Sequence record: SRR22947727_488
Direction: 5' to 3' (one strand)
Length of the DNA stretch: 30,439 nt
In this document: positions 9,374 to 19,012 of the stretch, in pieces
Layout: the number at the start of each line of letters is the position of its first letter
How positions within the stretch are numbered: position 1 is the stretch's first letter
Program-made: the position numbers and the translations under genes
The notes under the pieces: generated by a model
Seen by the model: only the letters and a program-made list of their open reading frames with translations
What the model was told of the DNA's origin: nothing
Database searches by the model: none

Positions 9374-10993
9374 ATGCTGTTTTTTTCAAAATGGAAAATA
9401 TCCTTAATACTGAGCTGTTTACTTTTAGGCTTCTTTTTTGCTTTGCCCAATGTTCTCTCGAGTAATACACGAGCAAATATGCCTAGTATGTTCAACAGGA
9501 CAATTAATTTAGGTCTTGATTTGCAAGGTGGTGCTCACATGCTACTAGAAGTTGATCTCTCAAGTGTAATGTCTCAAGCTCTAGAAAACGAAAAGGAAAC
9601 AATAAGACAAGAGTTTCGTGAGGCTAATAGGCTTAGAACCGAAACAATTCGCGTTGATTCTGAAACAGATTCCATTTTTGTAAGATTAAGAAATAAAGAA
9701 GACACTGAACGGGCATATGACTTATTGCAATCTCTTTCTAAGCCTATCGACCCATCAAGTCTATCGCAAGAAAAAACAACCTCAATTAAGAGGGATGGCG
9801 ATAAAGACTTCAGAATAATGATTACAGAGGCAAATGTTGCTGATATTCAAAAAAGAACTATTGCACAATCAATGAACGTCCTCAGGCGACGAATAGATCC
9901 ACAAGGCACTACTGAAATGACTATAGCTCCTGAGGGTGATGATCGAATTTTACTTCAAATACCCGGTGCTAAAAATGTTGATGACATAAAAAGTGTTATA
10001 AACAAAACTGCTAACTTATCTTTTCATATGGTTAGGAAGGAAAGCAATAATGAAGCGGCTCTTCGTTTGGCGCAAGAAAAAGGAACAGTTCCTCCAGGCG
10101 CTGCCTACTTTTCACAAGAGTTGGGTGGTGGTCTTATTGTTGAAAGGCGCACAAAAATTACTGGAGAATGTTTGAAGACTTCTAGTGAGGGTCTTCATCC
10201 CGAAGGAAACTACCCAATAGTTAATTTTACATTTAATATAAGATGCGCACGACTTTTTGGTGAGTTAACTTCCAAAAATATTGGACAACGATTTTCAGTT
10301 GTTCTTGATGATATAATCATAACTGCACCACGCATTAATGGGGCTATAACTGGTGGTTCAGGTTTCATTGAGGGAAGCTTTACTCTGGAAAGCGCGCGTG
10401 AGCTTTCATTACTTTTAAATGCTGGCGCACTACCCGCTAAACTTGTAATTGTTGAGGAAAGAACTGTTGGGCCCGGTTTGGGTCAAGATTCGATAAATGC
10501 TGGTAAAATAGCATCAATTATAGGCCTCATTGGTGTAGGCTTATTCATGTGGATATCATATGGTTTTAGATTTGGAACAATTGCCAACATAGCTTTATCA
10601 ACTAATATAATTTTAATTGCAGGCGCACTGTCTTTATTCGGATCAACATTAACTTTACCTGGAATTGCTGGGATTATATTAACTATTGGTATGGCTGTTG
10701 ATGCTAATGTGCTAATTTTTGAAAGAATAAGAGAAGAAGCTCATTTGGGACGGCCTCCAGTTAATGCTATTGAAACTGGTTACCGTAGGTCTTTGGCTCC
10801 GATTTTAGATGCGAATATAACTACTTTAATAGCAGCTGTGACTCTATATTTCGTCGGATCCGGCCCTGTAAGAGGTTTTGCAGTTACTTTAGCTATAGGT
10901 ATAGTTATGTCAGTTTTTACCGCCGTTATTGTTGCTCGTTTGATAACAGCTACATGGTTAAGACGTAATCGTCCAAAAAGTTTACCCATTTAG
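9374..10993 (+). CDS. secD: Protein translocase subunit SecD
   Basis: LGLDLQGGAH, GALPAKL..EERTVGPGLG, TLTLPGIAGIILTIGMAVDANVLIFERIREE, DANITT. Confidence 0.98.
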   Translation: MLFFSKWKISLILSCLLLGFFFALPNVLSSNTRANMPSMFNRTINLGLDLQGGAHMLLEVDLSSVMSQALENEKETIRQEFREANRLRTETIRVDSETDSIFVRLRNKEDTERAYDLLQSLSKPIDPSSLSQEKTTSIKRDGDKDFRIMITEANVADIQKRTIAQSMNVLRRRIDPQGTTEMTIAPEGDDRILLQIPGAKNVDDIKSVINKTANLSFHMVRKESNNEAALRLAQEKGTVPPGAAYFSQELGGGLIVERRTKITGECLKTSSEGLHPEGNYPIVNFTFNIRCARLFGELTSKNIGQRFSVVLDDIIITAPRINGAITGGSGFIEGSFTLESARELSLLLNAGALPAKLVIVEERTVGPGLGQDSINAGKIASIIGLIGVGLFMWISYGFRFGTIANIALSTNIILIAGALSLFGSTLTLPGIAGIILTIGMAVDANVLIFERIREEAHLGRPPVNAIETGYRRSLAPILDANITTLIAAVTLYFVGSGPVRGFAVTLAIGIVMSVFTAVIVARLITATWLRRNRPKSLPI

Positions 10994-11007
10994 GAAGTGT
11001 AGTCTCT

Positions 11008-11997
11008 ATGAAAGATATTTCTTTAGTAAAAATATTACCTATGGAACCTAAGGTTCCATTCATTAACTTACGTTTTTTTGCTGCCATACTTTCCTTCATT
11101 GCTTTAATAATATCAGTATATTTATTTAGTTCTAAAGGATTAAATTATGGCATTGATTTTACTGGCGGTACCGTAATTGAAATAGATACAGGTGGCGAAC
11201 CAGACCTTGCAAAAATAAGAACAGTTATTAACGAAGCTGGTTTTCCTGGCGCGACTGTTCAAGGTATAGCTCCTGATGCTTCAAGCACTCTAAATCACAA
11301 TTATGTAAGAATTGGAATACCTCTGCAACAAGAGACAGAAGAAACAGGGGCTGCAGCACAACAGATAGCCATGAAGACAGCTCAAGATGCATTAATTGAT
11401 AATATCGAAGGGTTTAAAGGTTCGGAAAGCATAAGAAGTCAAGAAGCAGTTGGATCTGCTGTGTCAGGTGAGCTTCGACAAAAAGGAATTTTAGCAGTAG
11501 CATTAGCTCTTTTAATGGTTTTGGGTTATATCTGGTTTCGCTTTGAGTGGCAGTTTGGGCTAGGTGCTGTTTTTGCACTTTTTCATGATGTTATCCTAAC
11601 TATTGGTGTTTTTTCATTAACTCAGATTGAGTTCAATTTATCAATAATAGCCGCTATACTAACAATTGTTGGGTATTCACTGAATGATACGGTAATAGTT
11701 TATGATAGAATTAGAGAGAATTTACGTAAGTATAAAAAAATGCCATTGCCTGAGGTCTTAAATCTCTCAATCAATGACACTTTATCACGAACAATACTGA
11801 CTTCATTCACTACTCTTTTGGCCTTATTCGCTTTGTATACACTTGGTGGAGCTGGACTTAGAGGATTTTCGTTTGCAATGATTTGGGGAGTTTTTGTAGG
11901 TACATATTCATCTATATTTGTGGCTTCACCCTTATTACTTCTTTTGAAATTGAAACGAGGCGTTAATACAGGAAATGCAGAAGGTAACAATAATTAA
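11008..11997 (+). CDS. secF: Protein translocase subunit SecF
   Basis: GLNYGIDFTGG, YIWFRFEWQF, HDV, IAAILTIVGYSLNDTVIVYDRIREN, GTYSSIFVASP. Confidence 0.98.
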   Translation: MKDISLVKILPMEPKVPFINLRFFAAILSFIALIISVYLFSSKGLNYGIDFTGGTVIEIDTGGEPDLAKIRTVINEAGFPGATVQGIAPDASSTLNHNYVRIGIPLQQETEETGAAAQQIAMKTAQDALIDNIEGFKGSESIRSQEAVGSAVSGELRQKGILAVALALLMVLGYIWFRFEWQFGLGAVFALFHDVILTIGVFSLTQIEFNLSIIAAILTIVGYSLNDTVIVYDRIRENLRKYKKMPLPEVLNLSINDTLSRTILTSFTTLLALFALYTLGGAGLRGFSFAMIWGVFVGTYSSIFVASPLLLLLKLKRGVNTGNAEGNNN

Positions 11998-12287
11998 AGG
12001 CGACGAAATCCTTTTGCCCCAAAGGAACAAATAGCCTGTCCTATAATTCTTTCTTTCTCCACCATACCAATTAGATAAGATGGTATGGACAAGCTTAAAT
12101 TGTCACCTTCAAACAAATACTTATTGTTTTTTTGGCCGCAAAGTCGTTTAACTATTACCCCAAGGTCAATATGATCAATCACATAAATAAATCCCAGCTT
12201 TAAAAGATGAGGTTTTTTAGATAATAGATATTCCCCATCACTAAGTGTGGGGCTCATTGAACCCCCTGAAATTTTCATTAGCCTCAT
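11994..12287 (-). CDS. sodX: Nickel-type superoxide dismutase maturation protease (S26/S24 family)
   Basis: G-x-SMSPTL..G with catalytic Ser, IVKR with catalytic Lys, GDN motif; 5 nt downstream of sodN. Confidence 0.88.
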   Translation of the reverse strand: MRLMKISGGSMSPTLSDGEYLLSKKPHLLKLGFIYVIDHIDLGVIVKRLCGQKNNKYLFEGDNLSLSIPSYLIGMVEKERIIGQAICSFGAKGFRRL

Positions 12288-12292
12288 ATTAA

Positions 12293-12784
12293 TTATAAAT
12301 CAGGTATTATTACTTCAATATTAGGCGCATATGGTGTTGAGGCTCTTTTAACTTTTACACCTTTCATATCCCAAAAAATTTCTGAGAATTGGTTGCATAA
12401 CTCAACAAGTTTTTCACCATCTTCTCTATGTAAGTCTTGCTTGCAAGCAGATCCAGCTATCATTATTTTATGTGCTAGCTCATGAACTTCTGGATGTTTT
12501 TCTAAGTGAGCGCCTTTCATGAAGTCGCCCCATATAACGCGCACTTCGTGTTTAACAAGTTCAGCTTGTTTTTCTTTTTCTGCAGTATTTCTACTAACTT
12601 GCATGGCGAACGATGTCTGACTTAAGTCTCTGTCTTTAAGACTTAATAAAATATCGATCTGTCTTAAAGTTGAAACAGCGTGATACATAACTGTTCTTGC
12701 ATCATATATTCCACAGGGTATGTCACAATGAGCAGAAACAGCGTCTAAAGAATTATTAAATCCTGAAATTAAATTATTAAACAT
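12293..12784 (-). CDS. sodN: Nickel superoxide dismutase precursor
   Basis: 18-aa leader followed by the nickel hook HCDIPCGIYD; KE..AE.VK.EVRVIWGD, CKQ, FSEIFW motifs. Confidence 0.97.
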   Translation of the reverse strand: MFNNLISGFNNSLDAVSAHCDIPCGIYDARTVMYHAVSTLRQIDILLSLKDRDLSQTSFAMQVSRNTAEKEKQAELVKHEVRVIWGDFMKGAHLEKHPEVHELAHKIMIAGSACKQDLHREDGEKLVELCNQFSEIFWDMKGVKVKRASTPYAPNIEVIIPDL

Positions 12785-12790
12785 TTTTAA

Positions 12791-12979
12791 TTAAGCCTTT
12801 TTTTTGTATGATTTGTAAATTGTAAAGCAAACTGTAGCTAAGCCTATTATAACTAAACCTATCTCGAATTGGGATAAATTATCTACTACTGCAGATAGAG
12901 TTTCTTCATGGTGTGCCATAGCCGGTGCAGTAACACCAAATGACGCTAGAGTTGCTGTAATATACTTGTTAAATTTCAT
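12791..12979 (-). CDS. Small (62 aa) exported, membrane-anchored protein of unknown function; first gene of the sodN operon
   Basis: ATG 12979 has an AAGGA RBS; signal-peptide-like MKFNKYITATLASFGVTAPAMA followed by HHEE; C-terminal hydrophobic helix and KSYKKKA; stop is 6 nt before the sodN start. Confidence 0.75.
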   Translation of the reverse strand: MKFNKYITATLASFGVTAPAMAHHEETLSAVVDNLSQFEIGLVIIGLATVCFTIYKSYKKKA

Positions 12980-12993
12980 ATTCTGTTCCTTAT

Positions 12994-13032
12994 GATAATT
13001 ATTTATCTTAACTGTATGATCAACTTGTGCAA
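12994..13032 (-). promoter_or_regulatory. Putative sigma70 promoter (TTGCAC-N16-TAAGAT) of the sodN operon with an overlapping GATAA-N4-TTATC inverted repeat
   Basis: -35 at 13032-13027, -10 at 13010-13005 on the minus strand; inverted repeat at 12994-13007. Confidence 0.45.
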
Positions 13033-13078
13033 GAAGTCCTATCAATTAATACGGGGAAATGCAAAAAAAGTTTAAAAT

Positions 13079-13831
13079 ATGGAACTTAATAATTTAATAT
13101 CACAATTAAAATTTTACGATCCAGATCGATATAGGGCGGCTGTTTTTGCGGATAAAGTTTCTCGCGAAAATTTAAATATTATATATGGATTTCATTACGA
13201 GCTAGCTAAAGTTCCAGAAATAGTAAGTGATATTACAATTGGCATGCTTCGCTATCAGTGGTGGCGAGATGCTATAGATAATATTTATAACAATGGTTCA
13301 ATTCAAGATCATTACCTACTAAAATGTCTTTCTAATGTAATTATACAAAATGAAATACCACGGTATTGGATTGATAAATTAATCGATGCAAGACAACGTG
13401 ATTTTAATTCAACCAGTTTTTCTGATTTGAATGAAGTTAAGAGTTATTGCTCTGATACATCAGGTACATTAATGAAAATTGCCGTGAAGTCTATTGGTAT
13501 TAATCCCAATGAGGGTGTAATTAAGTTTGGTGAGTCTTGGGGTTTAATTGGTCTAGCTCGATCTTATAAATATTATCACAAAACTATGCTTTCTAATATA
13601 AATTTTGATGAAATCTGTGATGAAGCATCTGAAGTATACTATTCGGCATTAAACGATCTAAAGGAAACACCAGTGAAAATATTTCCTGCAATAGCTTATA
13701 TAGTTTTGATCCCAAAATTTTTACAAAAATTACAAAATAAAAAGCTCAAACCTAAGGAAGATTCTATTATACTTAATCCTCTAGTCAAAAAACTATGCTT
13801 ATTAAAAGCAGCTATTCTAGGTATTTATTAA
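13079..13831 (+). CDS. Squalene/phytoene synthase family protein (NDUFAF6-like)
   Basis: D.DRY.A..FA, Y.F..EL.KV...VS....G.LR.QWWRDAI, LIDARQRD; usual position between secF and trmFO; lacks canonical DDxxD motifs, so probably not a true CrtB. Confidence 0.85.
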   Translation: MELNNLISQLKFYDPDRYRAAVFADKVSRENLNIIYGFHYELAKVPEIVSDITIGMLRYQWWRDAIDNIYNNGSIQDHYLLKCLSNVIIQNEIPRYWIDKLIDARQRDFNSTSFSDLNEVKSYCSDTSGTLMKIAVKSIGINPNEGVIKFGESWGLIGLARSYKYYHKTMLSNINFDEICDEASEVYYSALNDLKETPVKIFPAIAYIVLIPKFLQKLQNKKLKPKEDSIILNPLVKKLCLLKAAILGIY

Positions 13832-13840
13832 TTTTAAAAC

Positions 13841-15241
13841 TTAATATAGAGATAACCATTTATCGATATCGTTGAGCGCTCTTTCGGAAAGCTTCTTCTT
13901 TCTAAATTTTGTTTTATCCTTTCCCCTTAAACTCTTACCACTTTCATCTTTATAGACTATACCATTTATAGGAGGAAATAGACCAAAATTTACGTTCATT
14001 GGCTGAAATTTATTTTTGTTATTGCTCAGAAACCCCCCAGTGATATGTTCAACTAAAGAACCCATAGCAGTCGTTTTTGGCGGTGGTGTACATATATTTC
14101 CAAAAGCATTTGCTGCAGCCATACGCCCTGCAATTAAACCTAAAGCTGCTGATTCAACATAACCTTCTACTCCCATAATCTGACCAGCAAATCGAAGATC
14201 AGGTCTCGATTTTAACTGAAGTTGAGAATTAAGTAATTTAGGCGAATTTATAAATGTATTTCTGTGTATACCACCAAGTCTTGCAAAAACTGCATTTTCC
14301 AGTCCAGGTATTTTTCGAAATATACCTGCTTGTTCAGCATATTTAATCTTTGTTTGAAATCCTACCATATTATAAAGGGTACCAAGTGCATTATCTTGTC
14401 TTAATTGTATTATAGCATGAGCTTTAACTGTTGGGTTATGCTTATTCGTTAGTCCAACTGGTTTCATTGGGCCCCAACGAAGTGTTTCTTCTCCTCTTGT
14501 TGCCATTACCTCTATAGGAAGGCAACTTTCGAAATAAGGAGTGTTTATTTCGAAGTCTTTGAATTCTGTTTTATCTGATTTTATTAGATCATGAATAAAC
14601 TGCTTATATTGATTTTTATCAAGCGGACAATTTATGTAATCTGCACCGTCTCCGCCAGGGCCCTTTTTATCATATCGTGATTGCATCCAGGCTTTAGAGA
14701 AGTCTATACTATCTTTATATATAATAGGAGCAATGGCATCAAAAAAAGCTAAGCTATCTTCACCTGTTTCATTCAGTATTTCATTTGCTAAATTTGGAGC
14801 TGTTAAAGGACCTGTAGCTATAATTGAATTCTTCCATTTTTTATCAGGGAGACTTCGAAGTTCAGAATAATTTATTTCTACTAGTGGATGGTTTTTTAAA
14901 GCTAATGAAACTGATTTTGAAAAATTCTCTCTGTCAACTGCTAAAGCCCCACCAGCAGGGAGTTTATTTATATCCGCCATTCCAATAATAATACTGTCTG
15001 CTTTTCGCATTTCTTCATGTAATACTCCTACAGCATTTCCATCTTTATCATCTGATCTAAATGAATTTGAACATACTAGTTCAGCGAACCCATCAGATTT
15101 GTGCGCTTCAGTCATTCTTTTAGGGCGCATTTCATGTAAAACAACTGGAACACCTTTTCTTACGCATTGCCAGGCAGCCTCAGAACCTGCCATTCCTGCT
15201 CCGATTATATGTACCGGTTCAATAGTTTTTTGTTTTTTCAT
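13841..15241 (-). CDS. trmFO: Methylenetetrahydrofolate--tRNA-(uracil-54-C5)-methyltransferase
   Basis: [82 protein letters not shown]. Confidence 0.98.
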   Translation of the reverse strand: MKKQKTIEPVHIIGAGMAGSEAAWQCVRKGVPVVLHEMRPKRMTEAHKSDGFAELVCSNSFRSDDKDGNAVGVLHEEMRKADSIIIGMADINKLPAGGALAVDRENFSKSVSLALKNHPLVEINYSELRSLPDKKWKNSIIATGPLTAPNLANEILNETGEDSLAFFDAIAPIIYKDSIDFSKAWMQSRYDKKGPGGDGADYINCPLDKNQYKQFIHDLIKSDKTEFKDFEINTPYFESCLPIEVMATRGEETLRWGPMKPVGLTNKHNPTVKAHAIIQLRQDNALGTLYNMVGFQTKIKYAEQAGIFRKIPGLENAVFARLGGIHRNTFINSPKLLNSQLQLKSRPDLRFAGQIMGVEGYVESAALGLIAGRMAAANAFGNICTPPPKTTAMGSLVEHITGGFLSNNKNKFQPMNVNFGLFPPINGIVYKDESGKSLRGKDKTKFRKKKLSERALNDIDKWLSLY

Positions 15242-15324
15242 TTGGATGTGACTAGTCTAAGGTAAGATTGAAAACAAGTAGTGCAAAAATGATAATGGTG
15301 TTTAAGTACAATATGCTAGATTAA

Positions 15325-18165
15325 TTAATTGCGCTTAGTGTTTTTTAATAAAGGCTTAAGATATTTCCCAGTCCAGCTTTTTGAAATTTTCGCGATCATT
15401 TCCGGTGTTCCATGAGCAACTACTTCTCCTCCTCCATCACCTCCTTCTGGACCTATATCTATAATATGATCAGCAGTTTTCAAAACATCCAAATTGTGCT
15501 CTATTATAACCATTGTGTTCCCATTATCGACTAATTCATTTAAAACTCTCAGTAGTTTATTCACATCCTCGAAATGCAAACCCGTTGTTGGTTCGTCCAA
15601 TATATATAGTGTTCTACCAGTGGCGCGCTTTGCTAATTCTTTGGCAAGTTTAATTCTTTGAGCTTCCCCACCCGAAAGAGTCGTTGCTTGCTGTCCTACT
15701 TTTAAATAAGTAAGTCCAACTCTCTGTAATGTTATCATTTTATCGCGAATACTTGGAATTGCTTTGAAAAAAGAAGCTGCTTCATCTATTGTCATATCCA
15801 GTACGTCGGATATTGATTTGCCTTTAAATTTAACTTCTAAAGTTTCTCTGTTATAACGGGCCCCCTTGCATATATCGCAGGTAACATAAACATCTGGTAA
15901 AAAGTGCATCTCAATCTTAACAACGCCACCACCTTGGCAAGCTTCGCAACGCCCACCTTTTACATTGAAAGAAAACCTTCCAGCTTTATACCCTCTTATT
16001 TTTGATTCAGGTAAACCTGCGAACCACTCTCGTATTGGCGTAAAAGCGCCTGTATAGGTTGCTGGGTTGGAGCGTGGGGTTCTCCCAATTGGATTTTGAT
16101 TTATGTCAATCACTTTGTCTAGGTGCTCTAAGCCTAATATTTCTTTGTGCGGCATTGGTAATATAGTTGATCTATTCAATCGTCTAGCTGTAGCCTTATA
16201 AAGTGTTTCTATGGCTAAAGTTGATTTACCTCCACCTGATACTCCTGAAACACATGTCATCAAACCAATCGGGAAATCAACTGAGATATTCTTAAGGTTA
16301 TTACCTGTTGCTCCCCGAATAGTAATTTTTTTACTAGTGGGTTTTCTACGTTTAATGGGAGTTGGAATATTTTTTTCTCTGCTGAGATACTGACCGGTTA
16401 ATGATTTTCGTGATGCTATTATATCAGCGGGACTTCCTTTCGCAACAACAGAGCCTCCGTGCACCCCAGCCATAGGGCCCATATCTATGACATAATCAGC
16501 CTCTAGGATAGCATCCTCATCATGTTCAACGACAAGAACAGTGTTGCCCATGTCACGTAAATCTTTTAATGTTCTAAGTAATCTTTCGTTGTCTCTTTGA
16601 TGCAATCCTATTGATGGTTCATCCAAAACGTAAAGGACACCTGTTAACCCCGAGCCAATTTGTGATGCAAGACGAATACGCTGTGATTCGCCTCCAGAAA
16701 GGCTTCCAGAACCTCGTCCAATCGTTAAGTAATCCAAACCTACAGCTATCAAAAACTCTAAACGATCTATTATTTCCTTAAATATTCTTTCGCTAATTTT
16801 TTTATCTTTATCATTGAGTAAATTAGGAATCTCTTTGAATTTTTTCAAAGCACATTTAATCGAAATATCACTGATTTCTGAAATCTCTATATTGGCAACA
16901 CGAACTGATAAAGCTTCTGGCTTTAATCTTTTTCCTGAACAAGATGAGCACTGTGCATCTGACATATATTTTCCGAGTTCATCTCTCATCCAATTTGATT
17001 CAGTTTCTCTGTACCGTCTTTGAAGATTGGGAATTACTCCTTCAAATGTTTTTGATGTTTCATATCTGCGACCACCATCTTCATAAATAAAATTTATTTT
17101 GTCTGTACCAGTTCCAAATAATATTGTTTTTTGGATATCTTTTGTTAATTTACTGAATGGTTTATCTACAGAAAATTTATAATAATTTGCTAATGACTTT
17201 ATGGTCTGCATGTAAAGTCCGCTAATTTTGTTTGGCCAAGCTGAAATTGCCCCTGAAGCCAGGGAAGCGTTTTTATCTGGAACGACTAAATCTATATCAA
17301 ACTTTAGTTCTTTACCAAGTCCATCGCAAATAGGGCATGCCCCATGCGGACTGTTAAAGGAAAATAACCTTGGTTCAATTTCAGGAATACTAAAGCCGGA
17401 AACTGGACAAGAAAATCTCTCTGAGAAAACAATTTTTTGATAAGGTTTTTCAGATGTTTCTATTGAGGCAAGTCCATCAGCGAGCTTTAGTGCGGTTTCT
17501 AAGCTCTCAGATAGCCTTGATTCAATTCCTTTTTTAATAATTAATCTATCAACTACGATATCAATGTCGTGTTTTATTTTTTTATCAAGCTCGGGTGGGT
17601 CTTCTAATGAATAAAAATCACCGTTAATTTTTGCACGCTGAAATCCATTTTTTAAAAGTTTTTCAAATTCTTTTTTGAATTCACCCTTACGACCTCTGAC
17701 AATTGGAGCAAGTATTAGTGATTTTGTATTTACAGGAATTTCTAAAGCTTTATCAACCATTTGGCTTATAGTTTGACTTGCTATAGGTAGGCCTGTTGCG
17801 GGGGAATAGGGTACGCCTATTCGCGCCCAAAGAAGTCTTATATAATCATAAATTTCTGTTACAGTTCCTACTGTTGACCTTGGATTACGCGAGGTAGTTT
17901 TTTGTTCTATACTAATTGCTGGTGACAGTCCCTCAATTGAGTCCACATCTGGCTTTCCTTGTAGCTCTAAAAACTGTCTGGCATATGCTGATAGACTTTC
18001 AACATATCGTCTTTGACCTTCAGCATAAATGGTGTCAAATGCTAAAGAAGATTTTCCTGATCCTGATAAACCTGTTATCACTATTAGCTTGTCTCTTGGC
18101 AGATCGATATTAACGTCTTTTAGGTTGTGTTCTCTTGCTCCCCTTACTTGTATGAATTTTTGCAT
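15325..18165 (-). CDS. uvrA: Excinuclease ABC subunit A
   Basis: [36 protein letters not shown], two ABC signatures ([16 protein letters not shown]), zinc fingers. Confidence 0.99.
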   Translation of the reverse strand: MQKFIQVRGAREHNLKDVNIDLPRDKLIVITGLSGSGKSSLAFDTIYAEGQRRYVESLSAYARQFLELQGKPDVDSIEGLSPAISIEQKTTSRNPRSTVGTVTEIYDYIRLLWARIGVPYSPATGLPIASQTISQMVDKALEIPVNTKSLILAPIVRGRKGEFKKEFEKLLKNGFQRAKINGDFYSLEDPPELDKKIKHDIDIVVDRLIIKKGIESRLSESLETALKLADGLASIETSEKPYQKIVFSERFSCPVSGFSIPEIEPRLFSFNSPHGACPICDGLGKELKFDIDLVVPDKNASLASGAISAWPNKISGLYMQTIKSLANYYKFSVDKPFSKLTKDIQKTILFGTGTDKINFIYEDGGRRYETSKTFEGVIPNLQRRYRETESNWMRDELGKYMSDAQCSSCSGKRLKPEALSVRVANIEISEISDISIKCALKKFKEIPNLLNDKDKKISERIFKEIIDRLEFLIAVGLDYLTIGRGSGSLSGGESQRIRLASQIGSGLTGVLYVLDEPSIGLHQRDNERLLRTLKDLRDMGNTVLVVEHDEDAILEADYVIDMGPMAGVHGGSVVAKGSPADIIASRKSLTGQYLSREKNIPTPIKRRKPTSKKITIRGATGNNLKNISVDFPIGLMTCVSGVSGGGKSTLAIETLYKATARRLNRSTILPMPHKEILGLEHLDKVIDINQNPIGRTPRSNPATYTGAFTPIREWFAGLPESKIRGYKAGRFSFNVKGGRCEACQGGGVVKIEMHFLPDVYVTCDICKGARYNRETLEVKFKGKSISDVLDMTIDEAASFFKAIPSIRDKMITLQRVGLTYLKVGQQATTLSGGEAQRIKLAKELAKRATGRTLYILDEPTTGLHFEDVNKLLRVLNELVDNGNTMVIIEHNLDVLKTADHIIDIGPEGGDGGGEVVAHGTPEMIAKISKSWTGKYLKPLLKNTKRN

Positions 18166-18272
18166 TTAAGCTTTATCTCCAATAGCCATTTGAAAAGTCT
18201 GTGGACAATATACGTCTAAAGATAGACTCTCGGGTGTAAAATCTTCAAAAGATGTTAAAGTTTTTTCAGTTC

Positions 18273-18301
18273 TTGCAAACTTATATTAATTTGAATAGAA
18301 C
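18273..18301 (+). promoter_or_regulatory. Putative sigma70 promoter for ssb (TTGCAA-N17-TAGAAC)
   Basis: -35 at 18273-18278, -10 at 18296-18301; the -10 overlaps the LexA box. Confidence 0.55.
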
Positions 18302-18312
18302 ATTAAGAGAAC
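18298..18312. promoter_or_regulatory. Alphaproteobacterial LexA (SOS) box GAAC-N7-GAAC
   Basis: GAACattaagaGAAC, an exact match to the Alphaproteobacteria LexA direct repeat, in the uvrA/ssb divergent region. Confidence 0.88.
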
Positions 18313-18337
18313 AAATACAAATCTAAAGAGGCAAATC

Positions 18338-18817
18338 ATGGCTGGTTCAGTAAATAAAGTTATTCTAGTTGGAAATGTTGGTAATGATCCAGAAATACGT
18401 ACTTTTGGTAATGGTGGAAAAGTAGCGAATCTTTCGTTGGCGACATCAGAAAACTGGAGAGATAAGCAGAGTGGGGAAAAAAAGGAAAAAACAGAATGGC
18501 ATCGTATTGCTGTTTTCAATGATGGTTTAGTAGGGGTCATTGAACGCTATGTTAAGAAGGGTAGTAAGCTATACATTGAAGGTAAATTGCAAACAAGGAA
18601 ATGGACTGACAATAATGGCCAAGATAAGTATACAACTGAAATAGTTCTTCAAGGATATGGTGGAACACTCACAATGCTTGATGGCAGAGACCAAGGCGGT
18701 CCTAATCAAAATAACTTTAGTTCTGCGCAAGCAAATAATATTAGCAATAATCAATCCTCTGGTGAAATGAAACCTTCCGAAGAAAACTTTGACTTGGATG
18801 ATGAAATTCCATTTTAA
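18338..18817 (+). CDS. ssb: Single-stranded DNA-binding protein
   Basis: [41 protein letters not shown]-terminal DLDDEIPF. Confidence 0.99.
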   Translation: MAGSVNKVILVGNVGNDPEIRTFGNGGKVANLSLATSENWRDKQSGEKKEKTEWHRIAVFNDGLVGVIERYVKKGSKLYIEGKLQTRKWTDNNGQDKYTTEIVLQGYGGTLTMLDGRDQGGPNQNNFSSAQANNISNNQSSGEMKPSEENFDLDDEIPF

Positions 18818-18974
18818 TTGCTTATTTTTATTCTAGAGTAGTTATTTTTTCTGCTTAAAATTGCTTGCATTATATTAATTAGAAATGTGTTTTTTTAGCG
18901 TTATTAATACTTAATTTAATCTTCATTCGTTTGATGAATCTAAGTAATAATGTTACCATTTATAGTATATTTAC

Positions 18975-18981
18975 CGAATCA
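18975..18981 (-). promoter_or_regulatory. GANTC (CcrM) site in TGATTCG context upstream of gyrA; a second GAATC lies at 18936-18940
   Basis: CGAATCA on + strand about 30 nt upstream of the probable gyrA start. Confidence 0.4.
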
Positions 18982-19012
18982 AAACTAGTTTATATGATTG
19001 GAATTTTATATT

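Noticed and set aside
12980-13045. N-terminal 22-codon extension of the small ORF given in the track (84 aa)
   Set aside because: It covers the promoter region; the RBS and signal peptide fit the ATG at 12979
13079-13831. Carotenoid or hopanoid biosynthesis gene
   Set aside because: Lacks the Asp-rich catalytic motifs and has no crt/hpn neighbours; fits the NDUFAF6-like housekeeping homolog
18904-18919. Clusters of TTAA suggesting CtrA boxes (also near 118-134 and 21754-21770)
   Set aside because: None has the exact TTAA-N7-TTAA spacing, and TTAA is abundant in this AT-rich sequence
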